Virus record (IMG/VR): IMGVR_UViG_3300032288_005579
From: a virus
Strand: one strand, 5' to 3'
DNA length: 64,000 nt
Shown here: one piece after another, positions 7,215-15,778 of the stretch
How positions within the stretch are numbered: position 1 is the stretch's first letter
Layout: each line of letters begins with the position of its first letter
Position numbers and translations under genes: made by a program
Notes under the pieces: model-generated
What the model saw: the letters and a program-made list of their open reading frames with translations, nothing else
What the model was told of the DNA's origin: nothing
Database searches by the model: none

Positions 7215-7850
7215 ATGGCAACACCTTACAAAATACAATACGACACGACGCTCTATCCCTTTAGAGAGGTTATAAAGAGCGTTTTAAACGAGTCTTCGTT
7301 AGAGAAGCTTCACGAAAAACAGTCTTACGAACTGTTCGAAGTGGCTAAAGAGTCTAAGACCGTTTGGCACCCCATGTATTACACTAAGTACGAGCAGGAA
7401 ATTTATCCGCTATACAAGCAGTTCTTGCAAGAGGTAATCAAACCCCACTTTCAATTCTCTTCTATGGTGTATCAAAAGATTCCCACTTTCAGGATACACC
7501 TTCACGGAAACGTGGGAGTGGGAGGTTGGCACAAGGATCGCGATTACAACCACACACAGGGCGAGATCAACTGTTGGTTGCCGTTTACAGACACCTACGG
7601 TACGAACACCATATGGATGGAATCGGAAGAGGACAAAGGCGATTACAAACCCTACGACGTGAAGTACGGAGAGGTTTTGATATTCGACGGCGTTAACTTG
7701 TATCACGGTAACAAAACAAACGAAGAGGACTCTACGCGTGTATCTTTCGATTTTAGGGTCGTAGAAGAGGGCAAATTCAATCCTTCAAAAAAGAGCAGCG
7801 TGGTAAACTCTGTTCAATTCACTATAGGAAGTTATTTCGAAAAAATGTAA
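7215..7850 (+). CDS. 2OG-Fe(II)/cupin-type oxygenase-like protein
   Basis: WHKD (HxD), distal YHGN and RVSFDFR motifs of the double-stranded beta-helix dioxygenase fold. Confidence 0.7.
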   Translation: MATPYKIQYDTTLYPFREVIKSVLNESSLEKLHEKQSYELFEVAKESKTVWHPMYYTKYEQEIYPLYKQFLQEVIKPHFQFSSMVYQKIPTFRIHLHGNVGVGGWHKDRDYNHTQGEINCWLPFTDTYGTNTIWMESEEDKGDYKPYDVKYGEVLIFDGVNLYHGNKTNEEDSTRVSFDFRVVEEGKFNPSKKSSVVNSVQFTIGSYFEKM

Positions 7851-7958
7851 AAACACAATAGTTATGAAAACGTTAGCAATATACTTGATCATCGCTGTCG
7901 TAGCATCGGCGCTGATAATTACTTTTAATCACAATGCTACTGATAAGCTCGATAAAGA

Positions 7959-8669
7959 ATGAAGACCGTCGTCGTGGGCGATATTCACGGTCGCACCGTT
8001 TGGAAGGAAATCTTCCACAAAGAATGGGACGCGGACCGTGTTGTATTCGTAGGTGACTACTTCGATTCTTTCGACATTCCAGGCATAGACCAACTCAGGA
8101 ACTTCGAGGACATAATCAAGTTCAAGAAGGAATCGGGTAAAGACGTCGTGATGCTCATCGGCAACCACGATCTGCACTATTTCCCGGAGATCGGGTACAC
8201 AGGCACAAGCGGGTTTCAAAGGAACATGTACACTTCGATAAGCAACGCTATCAACGAGAACCGCCAACACCTGCAGATGTGTTACGCTCAGGACGGTTTC
8301 CTGTTCTCGCACGCAGGCATCAGCACAAAGTGGCTGAAGCGTGTTTTCAAGAAGGCGTGGAACGTGAACAACGTGGTAGAAAAGGTGAACGAACTTTTCG
8401 CAACCAAACCGAGATGGTTCAACTTTCCCGACCACTGCTTCGATCCGTACGGTGACAACGTAGACCAGACTCCGGTGTGGATCAGACCGCGCAGTTTGAA
8501 GATCGCGAACAACAACACGAACCTGTACAGGAAATACATTCAAGTCGTAGGTCACACCCACAGGAACGGAATAGAATTCAGCGGTCGTACATACTTTGTG
8601 GATACCTTCGATACAGGAAACGAATACTTGACTATTGTCGACGGAAAGGTTATATTAGCATCATTATGA
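7959..8669 (+). CDS. Calcineurin-like metallophosphoesterase
   Basis: GDIHG, GDYFD, GNHD, SHAG, VGHT motifs. Confidence 0.92.
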   Translation: MKTVVVGDIHGRTVWKEIFHKEWDADRVVFVGDYFDSFDIPGIDQLRNFEDIIKFKKESGKDVVMLIGNHDLHYFPEIGYTGTSGFQRNMYTSISNAINENRQHLQMCYAQDGFLFSHAGISTKWLKRVFKKAWNVNNVVEKVNELFATKPRWFNFPDHCFDPYGDNVDQTPVWIRPRSLKIANNNTNLYRKYIQVVGHTHRNGIEFSGRTYFVDTFDTGNEYLTIVDGKVILASL

Positions 8670-9049
8670 GCGAATTCAAAATAGACTTCTTTGAGCTGGC
8701 TTTCTTAGCGGAAGCCTGCATTCCACCGAGGCCCATCGCTAGAACCATGTTTTGGCACAACCTCACCGAAAGGTATTGGCACCATATGACCGAAGGGGAG
8801 AGGGCGCACCTGTTCGAGTGGTTGAACAAGAACGAAACATTCAAAGAAAGCTTGGAGAACAACGCAGACACGCAGGTCTTTCATGCAAGGTTCGATCCAG
8901 AAAACCAGTACTTGGTTTCAAACGACGACGCGGAAGAGAAGGTGCGAGCGTTCAAAATGGGGGATCGCTACTACGTCGGAATCAATCGATGGATAGCGGA
9001 GGAGTATATAACGGCTGTAGAAAAGTTTGTACCTAAAAGAGAGTATTGA
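8666..9049 (+). CDS. Hypothetical protein
   Basis: From MSEFKIDFFEL; ATGA overlap with the phosphoesterase stop. Confidence 0.7.
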   Translation: MSEFKIDFFELAFLAEACIPPRPIARTMFWHNLTERYWHHMTEGERAHLFEWLNKNETFKESLENNADTQVFHARFDPENQYLVSNDDAEEKVRAFKMGDRYYVGINRWIAEEYITAVEKFVPKREY

Positions 9050-9050
9050 T

Positions 9051-9383
9051 ATGAAATACGAAGACTTTGAAAAGGTCCTGTCGATGATGAACGAACAGGA
9101 CTCGAAGGTGCACCAGTTGTACAAGAACAAGATCGACATAGCGGAGTTCTTGGACCCGTACCACGCTATAATAACCATGCTCTTCAAAGAAATTTACGGG
9201 GAACATGGCTACGATTGGATAAGTTGGTTCGTTTACGAGAATGGATTTGGTTACGCTGGATTGGAGGCGTACGACGAAAACAAGAACCTGATATGCCAGG
9301 ACGTTAAGGGACTTTGGGAATACATAGAAAAAAATCACTCATGGAAAAAGAAAAACCCCGTAGGTTCACGTATTCAACCGTAG
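9051..9383 (+). CDS. Hypothetical protein
   Basis: From MKYEDFEK; 110 aa. Confidence 0.65.
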   Translation: MKYEDFEKVLSMMNEQDSKVHQLYKNKIDIAEFLDPYHAIITMLFKEIYGEHGYDWISWFVYENGFGYAGLEAYDENKNLICQDVKGLWEYIEKNHSWKKKNPVGSRIQP

Positions 9384-9760
9384 GTTACGGGGTGATGACT
9401 TTGCTCGGAGAGAGGTACCGAATGGGTCGCATAGAGATCTTCGATAGGGAAGACGACTCAGGTTACCAAGTTTCCGAGGGAGTATACTGCATGCCGTTCG
9501 GAGCGGCGACGAAGTTCGAGGACTTCATCGAGTCCCTAGAAACGGATTTGCCCATTCACATTGACATGGGATCACACGAGTGGTGCGCGGAAGAGTGTGC
9601 TAAAGATTTGGGATTAGGTAGCGCAGAGGATCTTAGGGATCCCGAAAAGGTGGCGCAATACAGAAAGAAGGAGAACGACGAATACGCGAAGGAGCGTGGC
9701 TACAAAGATTGGGAAGATCTCGTAAACAATACCGAATGGATGAAAAACAACAAACTATGA
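9341..9760 (+). CDS. Hypothetical protein
   Basis: From MEKEKPRRF. Confidence 0.6.
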   Translation: MEKEKPRRFTYSTVGYGVMTLLGERYRMGRIEIFDREDDSGYQVSEGVYCMPFGAATKFEDFIESLETDLPIHIDMGSHEWCAEECAKDLGLGSAEDLRDPEKVAQYRKKENDEYAKERGYKDWEDLVNNTEWMKNNKL

Positions 9761-10008
9761 AACAGACAGCACTACAACAACTCATAGCATGGGGTGATGA
9801 AAAGTTAAAAAATGAACCAATGAAACACCTCTCGTTTGCTGAAGTGATCGATAAAGCTGAAGAACTTTTGGAGGTGGAGAAAGAACAGATGAAGCTTATG
9901 TTTGATTGCGGAAGGCAGTATCAATTGACTGGAGAAGGAACATTCACACAGGTTCACAACGAAATATACAACAATGAGATTCACACAACAAAAGACACTG
10001 AAGGATAA
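9757..10008 (+). CDS. Hypothetical protein
   Basis: MKQTALQQLI...EVEKEQM...YN, common small phage ORF type. Confidence 0.65.
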   Translation: MKQTALQQLIAWGDEKLKNEPMKHLSFAEVIDKAEELLEVEKEQMKLMFDCGRQYQLTGEGTFTQVHNEIYNNEIHTTKDTEG

Positions 10009-10183
10009 TTACATTAAGGGTGTCACAAAAGTTGATGTTATGTTCCTATGGTGGCCCGCAACTATTGACGGAGAAACCCGATGGTTGGAACTGGCCACGA
10101 TTGAATACAAAGTCGATTTTGAAGACACTGCATTTTTCGGTCGGATATATAAATGGATTCCTTGGAATTTTTTAAACCAATAA
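9974..10183 (+). CDS. Hypothetical protein
   Basis: 69 aa; FLWWPATIDGETRWLE motif. Confidence 0.55.
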   Translation: MRFTQQKTLKDNYIKGVTKVDVMFLWWPATIDGETRWLELATIEYKVDFEDTAFFGRIYKWIPWNFLNQ

Positions 10184-10188
10184 GTGTC

Positions 10189-10581
10189 ATGAAAGCGAGC
10201 GATGTTCAGGAAGGCGGAAGCCACTACAAGCGTTACGTCATACAACCCACAGAGTTCATATTCAAGAACGGTTTGGGTTTCATAGAGGGTAACGTGATCA
10301 AGTACGTGATGCGTCACAGGGAAAAGAACGGAAAGCACGACCTTCTCAAAGCCAAACACTACATAGACCTTTTGTTGGAATACGAATACCCAGATAAAGA
10401 AGCCCCAGTGTTGGAATCGGTAGACATCAAAGACTTAGGATCTTTGGCTGAAAAGCGTGGGGGTTCGAGTCCCTCCTGGGGTACGGATAATTTTTCGAAG
10501 TCGTTGGAAGAGATGATTAAAGAAGTTCCCAACGATTTCACCTTAGGCAAGAAGGTCAGAGAGAAGTACGGAAAACACTAA
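10189..10581 (+). CDS. DUF3310 (SaV-like) protein whose reading frame runs through a tRNA
   Basis: GGSHYK..IQPTEFI..GFIEGNVIKYVMRHREKNGKHDLLKAKHYIDLL; AACCAATAAGTGTC-ATG leader. Confidence 0.8.
   Translation: MKASDVQEGGSHYKRYVIQPTEFIFKNGLGFIEGNVIKYVMRHREKNGKHDLLKAKHYIDLLLEYEYPDKEAPVLESVDIKDLGSLAEKRGGSSPSWGTDNFSKSLEEMIKEVPNDFTLGKKVREKYGKH
10402..10483 (+). tRNA. trnL: tRNA-Leu(TAG), nested in CDS 10189..10581
   Basis: GCCCCAG/CTGGGGT acceptor, AAAGA-CTTAGGA-TCTTT anticodon arm, variable arm GC-TGAAAA-GC, GGGGG-TTCGAGT-CCCTC T arm. Confidence 0.85.
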
Positions 10582-10587
10582 CAACAC

Positions 10588-10660
10588 AGCCATGTGGCGC
10601 AACGGTCAGCGCAGGACTCTTATACAGTCAAGGTTGTTGGTTCAAATCCAGCCGTGGCTA
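10588..10660 (+). tRNA. trnI: tRNA-Ile(TAT)
   Basis: AGCCATG/CGTGGCT acceptor, GCGC D stem, loop CTTATAC, GTTGG-TTCAAAT-CCAGC T arm. Confidence 0.85.
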
Positions 10661-10665
10661 CAAAC

Positions 10666-10739
10666 GGTCTCATAGCTCAATCGGATAGAGCAACTGCCTT
10701 CTAAGCAGTAGGTTTCGCGTTCGAGTCGCGATGGGATCA
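10666..10739 (+). tRNA. trnR: tRNA-Arg(TCT)
   Basis: GGTCTCA/TGGGATC acceptor, ACTGC-CTTCTAA-GCAGT anticodon arm. Confidence 0.93.
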
Positions 10740-10753
10740 CTAAATTTTATCAT

Positions 10754-10909
10754 ATGAAAAGGATATTGTTCTTGTGCATGTTTTTATTGTCCTCCTGTGT
10801 TGTAGAATACAAGGTAGTAAGCGACGAGTGTAGATCTCTAAAAAATAGAGGTTCAGAGGACGACGATGATTTACGGGTAGTAAAAGTTTACAAGATTAAA
10901 ATCAAGTGA
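10754..10909 (+). CDS. Small putative lipoprotein (51 aa)
   Basis: MKRILFLCMFLLSSC lipobox-like signal. Confidence 0.5.
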   Translation: MKRILFLCMFLLSSCVVEYKVVSDECRSLKNRGSEDDDDLRVVKVYKIKIK

Positions 10910-10946
10910 TACGTATCATATTTATGGGTAAGATGACAGACACATT

Positions 10947-11144
10947 ATGAAAATCAATAACTATAAAGATCTCATCCTAGTGTTTTCTTCACTCATGATG
11001 TTGCTGTTAGCATTGGAAGTTATGATGCTTAGAAATAATATCTCAGACTTGGAAAAAGAAAGATACAAATTAAGCAATAAATTAGAACATTGTAGAACGT
11101 ACCAATTTTACGATTTAAGCGTAAGAGGTACAATAGAGAAGTAA
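10947..11144 (+). CDS. Small membrane-anchored protein
   Basis: N-terminal hydrophobic helix, ATATTTAT box at 10918. Confidence 0.55.
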   Translation: MKINNYKDLILVFSSLMMLLLALEVMMLRNNISDLEKERYKLSNKLEHCRTYQFYDLSVRGTIEK

Positions 11145-11217
11145 GCCTCCTTAGCTCAGCTGATAGAGCATCTGATTTGTACTCAGAAAGTCGTGGGTTT
11201 GAATCCTACAGGAGGCT
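11145..11217 (+). tRNA. trnT: tRNA-Thr(TGT)
   Basis: GCCTCCT/AGGAGGC acceptor, TCTGA-TTTGTAC-TCAGA anticodon arm. Confidence 0.92.
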
Positions 11218-11221
11218 CAGA

Positions 11222-11293
11222 GGTCGATTCGTCTAACGGTTAGGACGTCAGATTTTCATTCTGATAATAGGGGTTCGATTCCCCTATCGACTA
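11222..11293 (+). tRNA. trnE: tRNA-Glu(TTC)
   Basis: GGTCGAT/ATCGACT acceptor, TCAGA-TTTTCAT-TCTGA anticodon arm, AGGGG-TTCGATT-CCCCT. Confidence 0.92.
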
Positions 11294-11332
11294 CAACACC
11301 GCTGTTCTTTGACATATAGGAGAAAACAAACC

Positions 11333-11740
11333 ATGGAACAATTACTATTTTTTGGTCTGGGCGTGGTCACGGTCACAGCGTTAGCTTTGATTGTGGGTGC
11401 GGTTAGGCTACAGAAGCAAGTCGTGAATCTGCAACACGAGATGAAAAGTTTGCAGAAACAAGCAGAGAACCAAGAAAGATACTTCGAAGACAGGTTTAGA
11501 ATTCTTGAAGAGGTATCAAATACTGTAGATAGGCGGATAGACGCGGAGACTCGAGAGCTGTACAGCACCATCGATTCCAGATTCGACAAACTGGACAATC
11601 GATTGGGTCGAGATCTTGATGATATCAGCAGAGAATCACAAGCTATGTATTCCGCTATTGAAAGACGCATCGATGAAACTTTGCTGTCTGTTGATGTAGC
11701 GGAGTTGAAGTCGAAAAATAAATCTATCACTAATAATTAA
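11333..11740 (+). CDS. Membrane-anchored coiled-coil protein
   Basis: N-terminal TM (LLFFGLGVVTVTALALIVGAV) then heptad-rich helix. Confidence 0.7.
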   Translation: MEQLLFFGLGVVTVTALALIVGAVRLQKQVVNLQHEMKSLQKQAENQERYFEDRFRILEEVSNTVDRRIDAETRELYSTIDSRFDKLDNRLGRDLDDISRESQAMYSAIERRIDETLLSVDVAELKSKNKSITNN

Positions 11741-11792
11741 AACAGTCTAAGGGGCGGCGGTGTTTTTTATTCTCCTCTCACATATTTATACA

Positions 11793-12017
11793 ATGCCAAA
11801 TAAAAAGTCTATGAAAGAAATTAGGAACGCAAAAGTAGAACAGATTAAAAAGATGCTCGTTGGTGCGATCATCGAGTCGGTTGAACCTACTAAAAATAAC
11901 AACGGTTTACGCATAAGAACGAGGTCTTTTATTCGAACAGGGGATTACTATAAGGCGGATGTGAACGTAGAATACGAGAACGATAAGGGTTGCATAAACG
12001 TAACCTTTACTGAATGA
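11793..12017 (+). CDS. Hypothetical protein
   Basis: Starts 4 nt after ATATTTAT box (11782-11789). Confidence 0.6.
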   Translation: MPNKKSMKEIRNAKVEQIKKMLVGAIIESVEPTKNNNGLRIRTRSFIRTGDYYKADVNVEYENDKGCINVTFTE

Positions 12018-12439
12018 AACGAAAACCGAAAGAAAAGAAACATTTCACACCGGTACCGAGAGTCAAAACATACACAGTTACATCGATAAAAAACCTCGGT
12101 ACGGAGGATTTCATTGAAATCGTACACGGTCTGTCAGACGACTTGCACTACAGAACGGCGGACTCAGAGAATTTTAAATGCTCATTTTGGAACCTAAAGC
12201 CCGAGGATCCGTTTCACAAACGATTCTTTTACGACGATAGGGGCAACAAACACTACTCTATGGAATTCGAACAGATAGGCGACGGAGATCCGTACGCGAC
12301 GGTCGACCTTGTGATAGTCCAGGCCACCATGTTCGATTTAGAGAATAAAGTCAGGGAGACCGCAAAAAATTATATGTTCATCGGTAACCCCATGCAAGAA
12401 TCCTACCAGGCTGCCCTGGAATACTGGACCGAGTTCTAA
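12014..12439 (+). CDS. Hypothetical protein
   Basis: 141 aa, ATGA coupling. Confidence 0.65.
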   Translation: MKRKPKEKKHFTPVPRVKTYTVTSIKNLGTEDFIEIVHGLSDDLHYRTADSENFKCSFWNLKPEDPFHKRFFYDDRGNKHYSMEFEQIGDGDPYATVDLVIVQATMFDLENKVRETAKNYMFIGNPMQESYQAALEYWTEF

Positions 12440-12543
12440 ATCTTTCCCATCTGGGGGAATTGCGCTACATTTGTAGGATAGCGCTGTACACAGGCAATTA
12501 AGTTTTGGGTACATATTTATCAAAACACTAAACCAAAAAAGAT

Positions 12544-13248
12544 ATGAAAACACAATTTCTAAAAACTATGGTGTTGTGCTTGCCGTTGTTGTTTATTACT
12601 ACGTACTTCGGTCTCTCCATGGACGTTAACAGGGAACACAAGGCTAGGATAGAGGCTTTGAAGAAGCAAAGGTACGATGAATTTATGGAGTGTTACAGAG
12701 GCGTTAGGGCGTGGGAAGGTAACTATTGTAATCTGATATACGATAAGGGCGGAGAGACTTACGGCGGAATAACTAGGAACTTTCACCCAAATTGGGAAGG
12801 TTGGGCCGTCATAGATTCCTACAAAAGGTGGAACAGAGTGGAGTGGAACGATTCCATACCTGGAGTAGAGAAACTAGTCGAAGAGTACTATTGGAATGTT
12901 TATAACGAAAAGCAATTCTACCTCATAGAGAACTGGCTTGTAAGAAAATACGTATTCGATTACAGAAATTCGGGGCCTGTGGCGTACAAGCACATCAAGG
13001 AGGTTCTAAATTATCACGGTTTTAGAGTTGGGAAAAAGGCAGATTTGGACTATAAAACCATAAACGCACTAAATAAAATCAACCCCATAGTGTTTATACT
13101 TCACCTAAAAGAACTGCGTGAGGACTTCTACATGAGAGTCGTCGACCGGCGTCCAGAGATGGAAATATATCTACGCGGATGGTTGAGAAGAGCCAGGGAC
13201 ATCGCTAACGGTCCGCATATTTATAGCAGTACAATGGGTTTATCGTAG
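12544..13248 (+). CDS. Glycoside hydrolase family 108 endolysin with N-terminal membrane segment
   Basis: EGNY.N..DKGGETYGGIT catalytic motif; C-terminal YLRGWLRR peptidoglycan-binding helix; N-terminal hydrophobic stretch. Confidence 0.85.
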   Translation: MKTQFLKTMVLCLPLLFITTYFGLSMDVNREHKARIEALKKQRYDEFMECYRGVRAWEGNYCNLIYDKGGETYGGITRNFHPNWEGWAVIDSYKRWNRVEWNDSIPGVEKLVEEYYWNVYNEKQFYLIENWLVRKYVFDYRNSGPVAYKHIKEVLNYHGFRVGKKADLDYKTINALNKINPIVFILHLKELREDFYMRVVDRRPEMEIYLRGWLRRARDIANGPHIYSSTMGLS

Positions 13249-13301
13249 TTTGCGTTTAAAGGGTTCCGCAAAGGTTGTGGAAACACTAAACAAAAACTAC
13301 A

Positions 13302-13553
13302 ATGAAACAATTTTTTCACGATCTATTTAACGATTCAAACAGTATCAACGAGAAAGCAGTCATAGGGTTCGCTTCTTTCTGTGTGATGATCATCTTCGCA
13401 GTGGCTGACATCATCACCGGCGCTTTGAACCAGGAGCTGGTGGTCAACGAATTCATATTCGACGCTTTCAAATGGATAACCATCGCGTGCTTCGGTATTG
13501 CTTCTGTGGACAAGTACATAAACAAAACGAAAGGCACATCAGAAGAATCTTAA
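13302..13553 (+). CDS. Two-TM membrane protein, putative holin
   Basis: Two hydrophobic helices, basic C-tail, adjacent to endolysin. Confidence 0.5.
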   Translation: MKQFFHDLFNDSNSINEKAVIGFASFCVMIIFAVADIITGALNQELVVNEFIFDAFKWITIACFGIASVDKYINKTKGTSEES

Positions 13554-13574
13554 AATCCACATATTTATAAGTGT

Positions 13575-13952
13575 ATGAAAAACAACTTCAATTTAGTGAA
13601 GTATCTGTCCAAGGGTAACAGGCTTCTAAAAGAAAACATCGGCGGGATAGTAACGCTGAAACCCATCAATTCGGTAGACACCCTCAGGGAAACTTACGGT
13701 GCCGAGATGGAGGACGAACCTGTTTCTGATTATCCAGACATGGGCGCCGCTCCTGATCCGGGTGACATGCCCATCGGTACTTCCAAAAACAGATTGGATT
13801 CCATAGTCACTAAGATGAAGCAACTCGCAATGGCGTACAAGTCGGGAGACACTTCTGTGGTTCCCCAGTTGAAGGCGCTCAGCGCAGAAAAACGCAGACT
13901 TGAAGCTGAGCTCCTGGACGTCGGTCAGGACGACAGCGATGCGGGTTTTTAA
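13575..13952 (+). CDS. Hypothetical protein, candidate head-internal protein
   Basis: ATATTTAT box at 13561; LKE/LRE motifs, acidic. Confidence 0.6.
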   Translation: MKNNFNLVKYLSKGNRLLKENIGGIVTLKPINSVDTLRETYGAEMEDEPVSDYPDMGAAPDPGDMPIGTSKNRLDSIVTKMKQLAMAYKSGDTSVVPQLKALSAEKRRLEAELLDVGQDDSDAGF

Positions 13953-13973
13953 TTTGAATATTTTAAATAGTTT

Positions 13974-14945
13974 ATGGCTTCTATATTGAGGGAAAGAATA
14001 CTCATCGGTGCGGTAGCGTGTGGACCCACTTACAGAGAGTCAGCTTACAAACAGCTTAACGATTACTACTTTGACGATGATAACGTTTACTACTATGTTT
14101 TAACTGACGATAAGGGTTTTTTCGATTCTTTACAAAGAAAGAATTTAGTTGTAAAGCAATTAGAGGAGTATTACTCAATTTTTCCAGAAATAGAGAAGCA
14201 CGAGACATTTTTAAAAAGTACCAGCGCAGAAGATTACGCAACGAAGTTCTTAGAGACTGGGTGGAAATTTCCATTTTCTACTTACAGGTTTATTCTTCAT
14301 CACGCAATAGAGTTAGAAATCACTAACGTCGCATTAATGTGCACAGACGCTTTTGTTAGATTGGACACCATGTCTACTGTGAACAATTTCTTCGATAGAA
14401 AAAATCGTCTTTATTGTGCTGTGTCTCTTTGGGACGAATACATTTGGAACGGTAACATTACGGAAGTTTTAAGGCGTTTACAATTCGAACACAATTTGAT
14501 CATGAACTCCACTGTTATGCGAGTGTACGATCAAGCGGGCAGAATAATAATAGCTAGAGATTTAGACCAACTCAAAAAGCTTTTCGAGATTTGGCACGAT
14601 GTGACAGTTCATTTATGGAAACACAATTTTCAAAGGTTGTTTTACGGACCTTACGTAGTGCACGACGAATACATTCTAGCGCCTATATACCACGTTTTGG
14701 GAATAAACAAAGATCCCGAACCTCCAGAACAAGAGGGCTATTGGATCAATTGCGCGGGTCAGTTGATTACTGTAAAACACAACGCACTCAGAGAAAGGTT
14801 CTTTTCGGTAATAGGAGGCAATCCTAAAAACGCGGAAATGATGAAGGGCGCTACGAGTTACGAAGAGTTTTTACAAATCAACGGTCTGACAGAGGAAGAC
14901 GTTGAAAACATATGCGGTTGGAAAAATTTCTGCGAGAACAAGTGA
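13974..14945 (+). CDS. Putative glycosyltransferase-like protein (paralog of 21656..22756)
   Basis: YVLTD..NL..FP.S.YRF.LHHA.E..ITN pattern shared with the minus-strand paralog. Confidence 0.4.
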   Translation: MASILRERILIGAVACGPTYRESAYKQLNDYYFDDDNVYYYVLTDDKGFFDSLQRKNLVVKQLEEYYSIFPEIEKHETFLKSTSAEDYATKFLETGWKFPFSTYRFILHHAIELEITNVALMCTDAFVRLDTMSTVNNFFDRKNRLYCAVSLWDEYIWNGNITEVLRRLQFEHNLIMNSTVMRVYDQAGRIIIARDLDQLKKLFEIWHDVTVHLWKHNFQRLFYGPYVVHDEYILAPIYHVLGINKDPEPPEQEGYWINCAGQLITVKHNALRERFFSVIGGNPKNAEMMKGATSYEEFLQINGLTEEDVENICGWKNFCENK

Positions 14946-15012
14946 TCATTCACTAGAAATATAAATTTGTTGGATTTTAGGCTATTTTGTATATTAGCCT
15001 ATAATAAGAGTT

Positions 15013-15777
15013 ATGAAGTTACCTATATCTCCCTACAACACTCGACAGGAAGAATACAGAGAAGATCCTTGGAAGATGCTCATGGTCTGTTTCATGCTGA
15101 ACCAGACTTCCCACAAACAGGTCGATAAGGTTAGGCACGAGTTCTTCAATAGGTATCCCAACGCACAGTCCTTCTTAGACTCAGACGAATCCGAAATCGT
15201 AGAGCTGATCAAGCCTCTGGGATTCTATAATCGTCGCGTCAAGGCGTGGAAGGAATTCTGCAGTCAGTGGATAGCACTAGGTACAGACGCACCCTCGCTC
15301 GCCCAGCTCATCGAAATGAAGGGCATAGGCAAATACGCGTTGGACTCTTGGAAAGTCTTCCAGCTCTACGAGTACGATACGGAGGTTGAGGATCACGTGC
15401 TCAACTGGTACGTTGAGTGGGCCAAACAGGAAGTTGAATGTATCAAGCGCGAGGGAAAAGAATACACTCCCCACGTTGTGTACTACCTGCACTACTACGA
15501 CGAGGACCGATTCATGGATCCCGCGTGGATGAAGCACGGCGATTACGCATCGTGCGTGATGGCCAGAACTGCGAACGAGGCGATAGAGAAAGTTAAAGCC
15601 ATAGCGGATAGACAATCCGACGGTCGCACTCACGTAAAGATAGTGGGAGTTTGCAAAGGCGAACCCGGTTGGGTCAACGAAGAGACACCCATATTCACAG
15701 ACGAGGCGGAGTACCGTAAGCGCAAGGAACAAGTAATCAGAATGATCAATTCACCGTTTTTAAACCAATTCAAATAG
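15013..15777 (+). CDS. HhH-GPD DNA glycosylase, MBD4-like
   Basis: EDPWKML.VCFMLNQT, IKPLGFYNRR, EMKGIGKYALDS, EDHVLNWYVEW closely parallel the MBD4 glycosylase domain. Confidence 0.85.
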   Translation: MKLPISPYNTRQEEYREDPWKMLMVCFMLNQTSHKQVDKVRHEFFNRYPNAQSFLDSDESEIVELIKPLGFYNRRVKAWKEFCSQWIALGTDAPSLAQLIEMKGIGKYALDSWKVFQLYEYDTEVEDHVLNWYVEWAKQEVECIKREGKEYTPHVVYYLHYYDEDRFMDPAWMKHGDYASCVMARTANEAIEKVKAIADRQSDGRTHVKIVGVCKGEPGWVNEETPIFTDEAEYRKRKEQVIRMINSPFLNQFK

Positions 15778-15778
15778 T

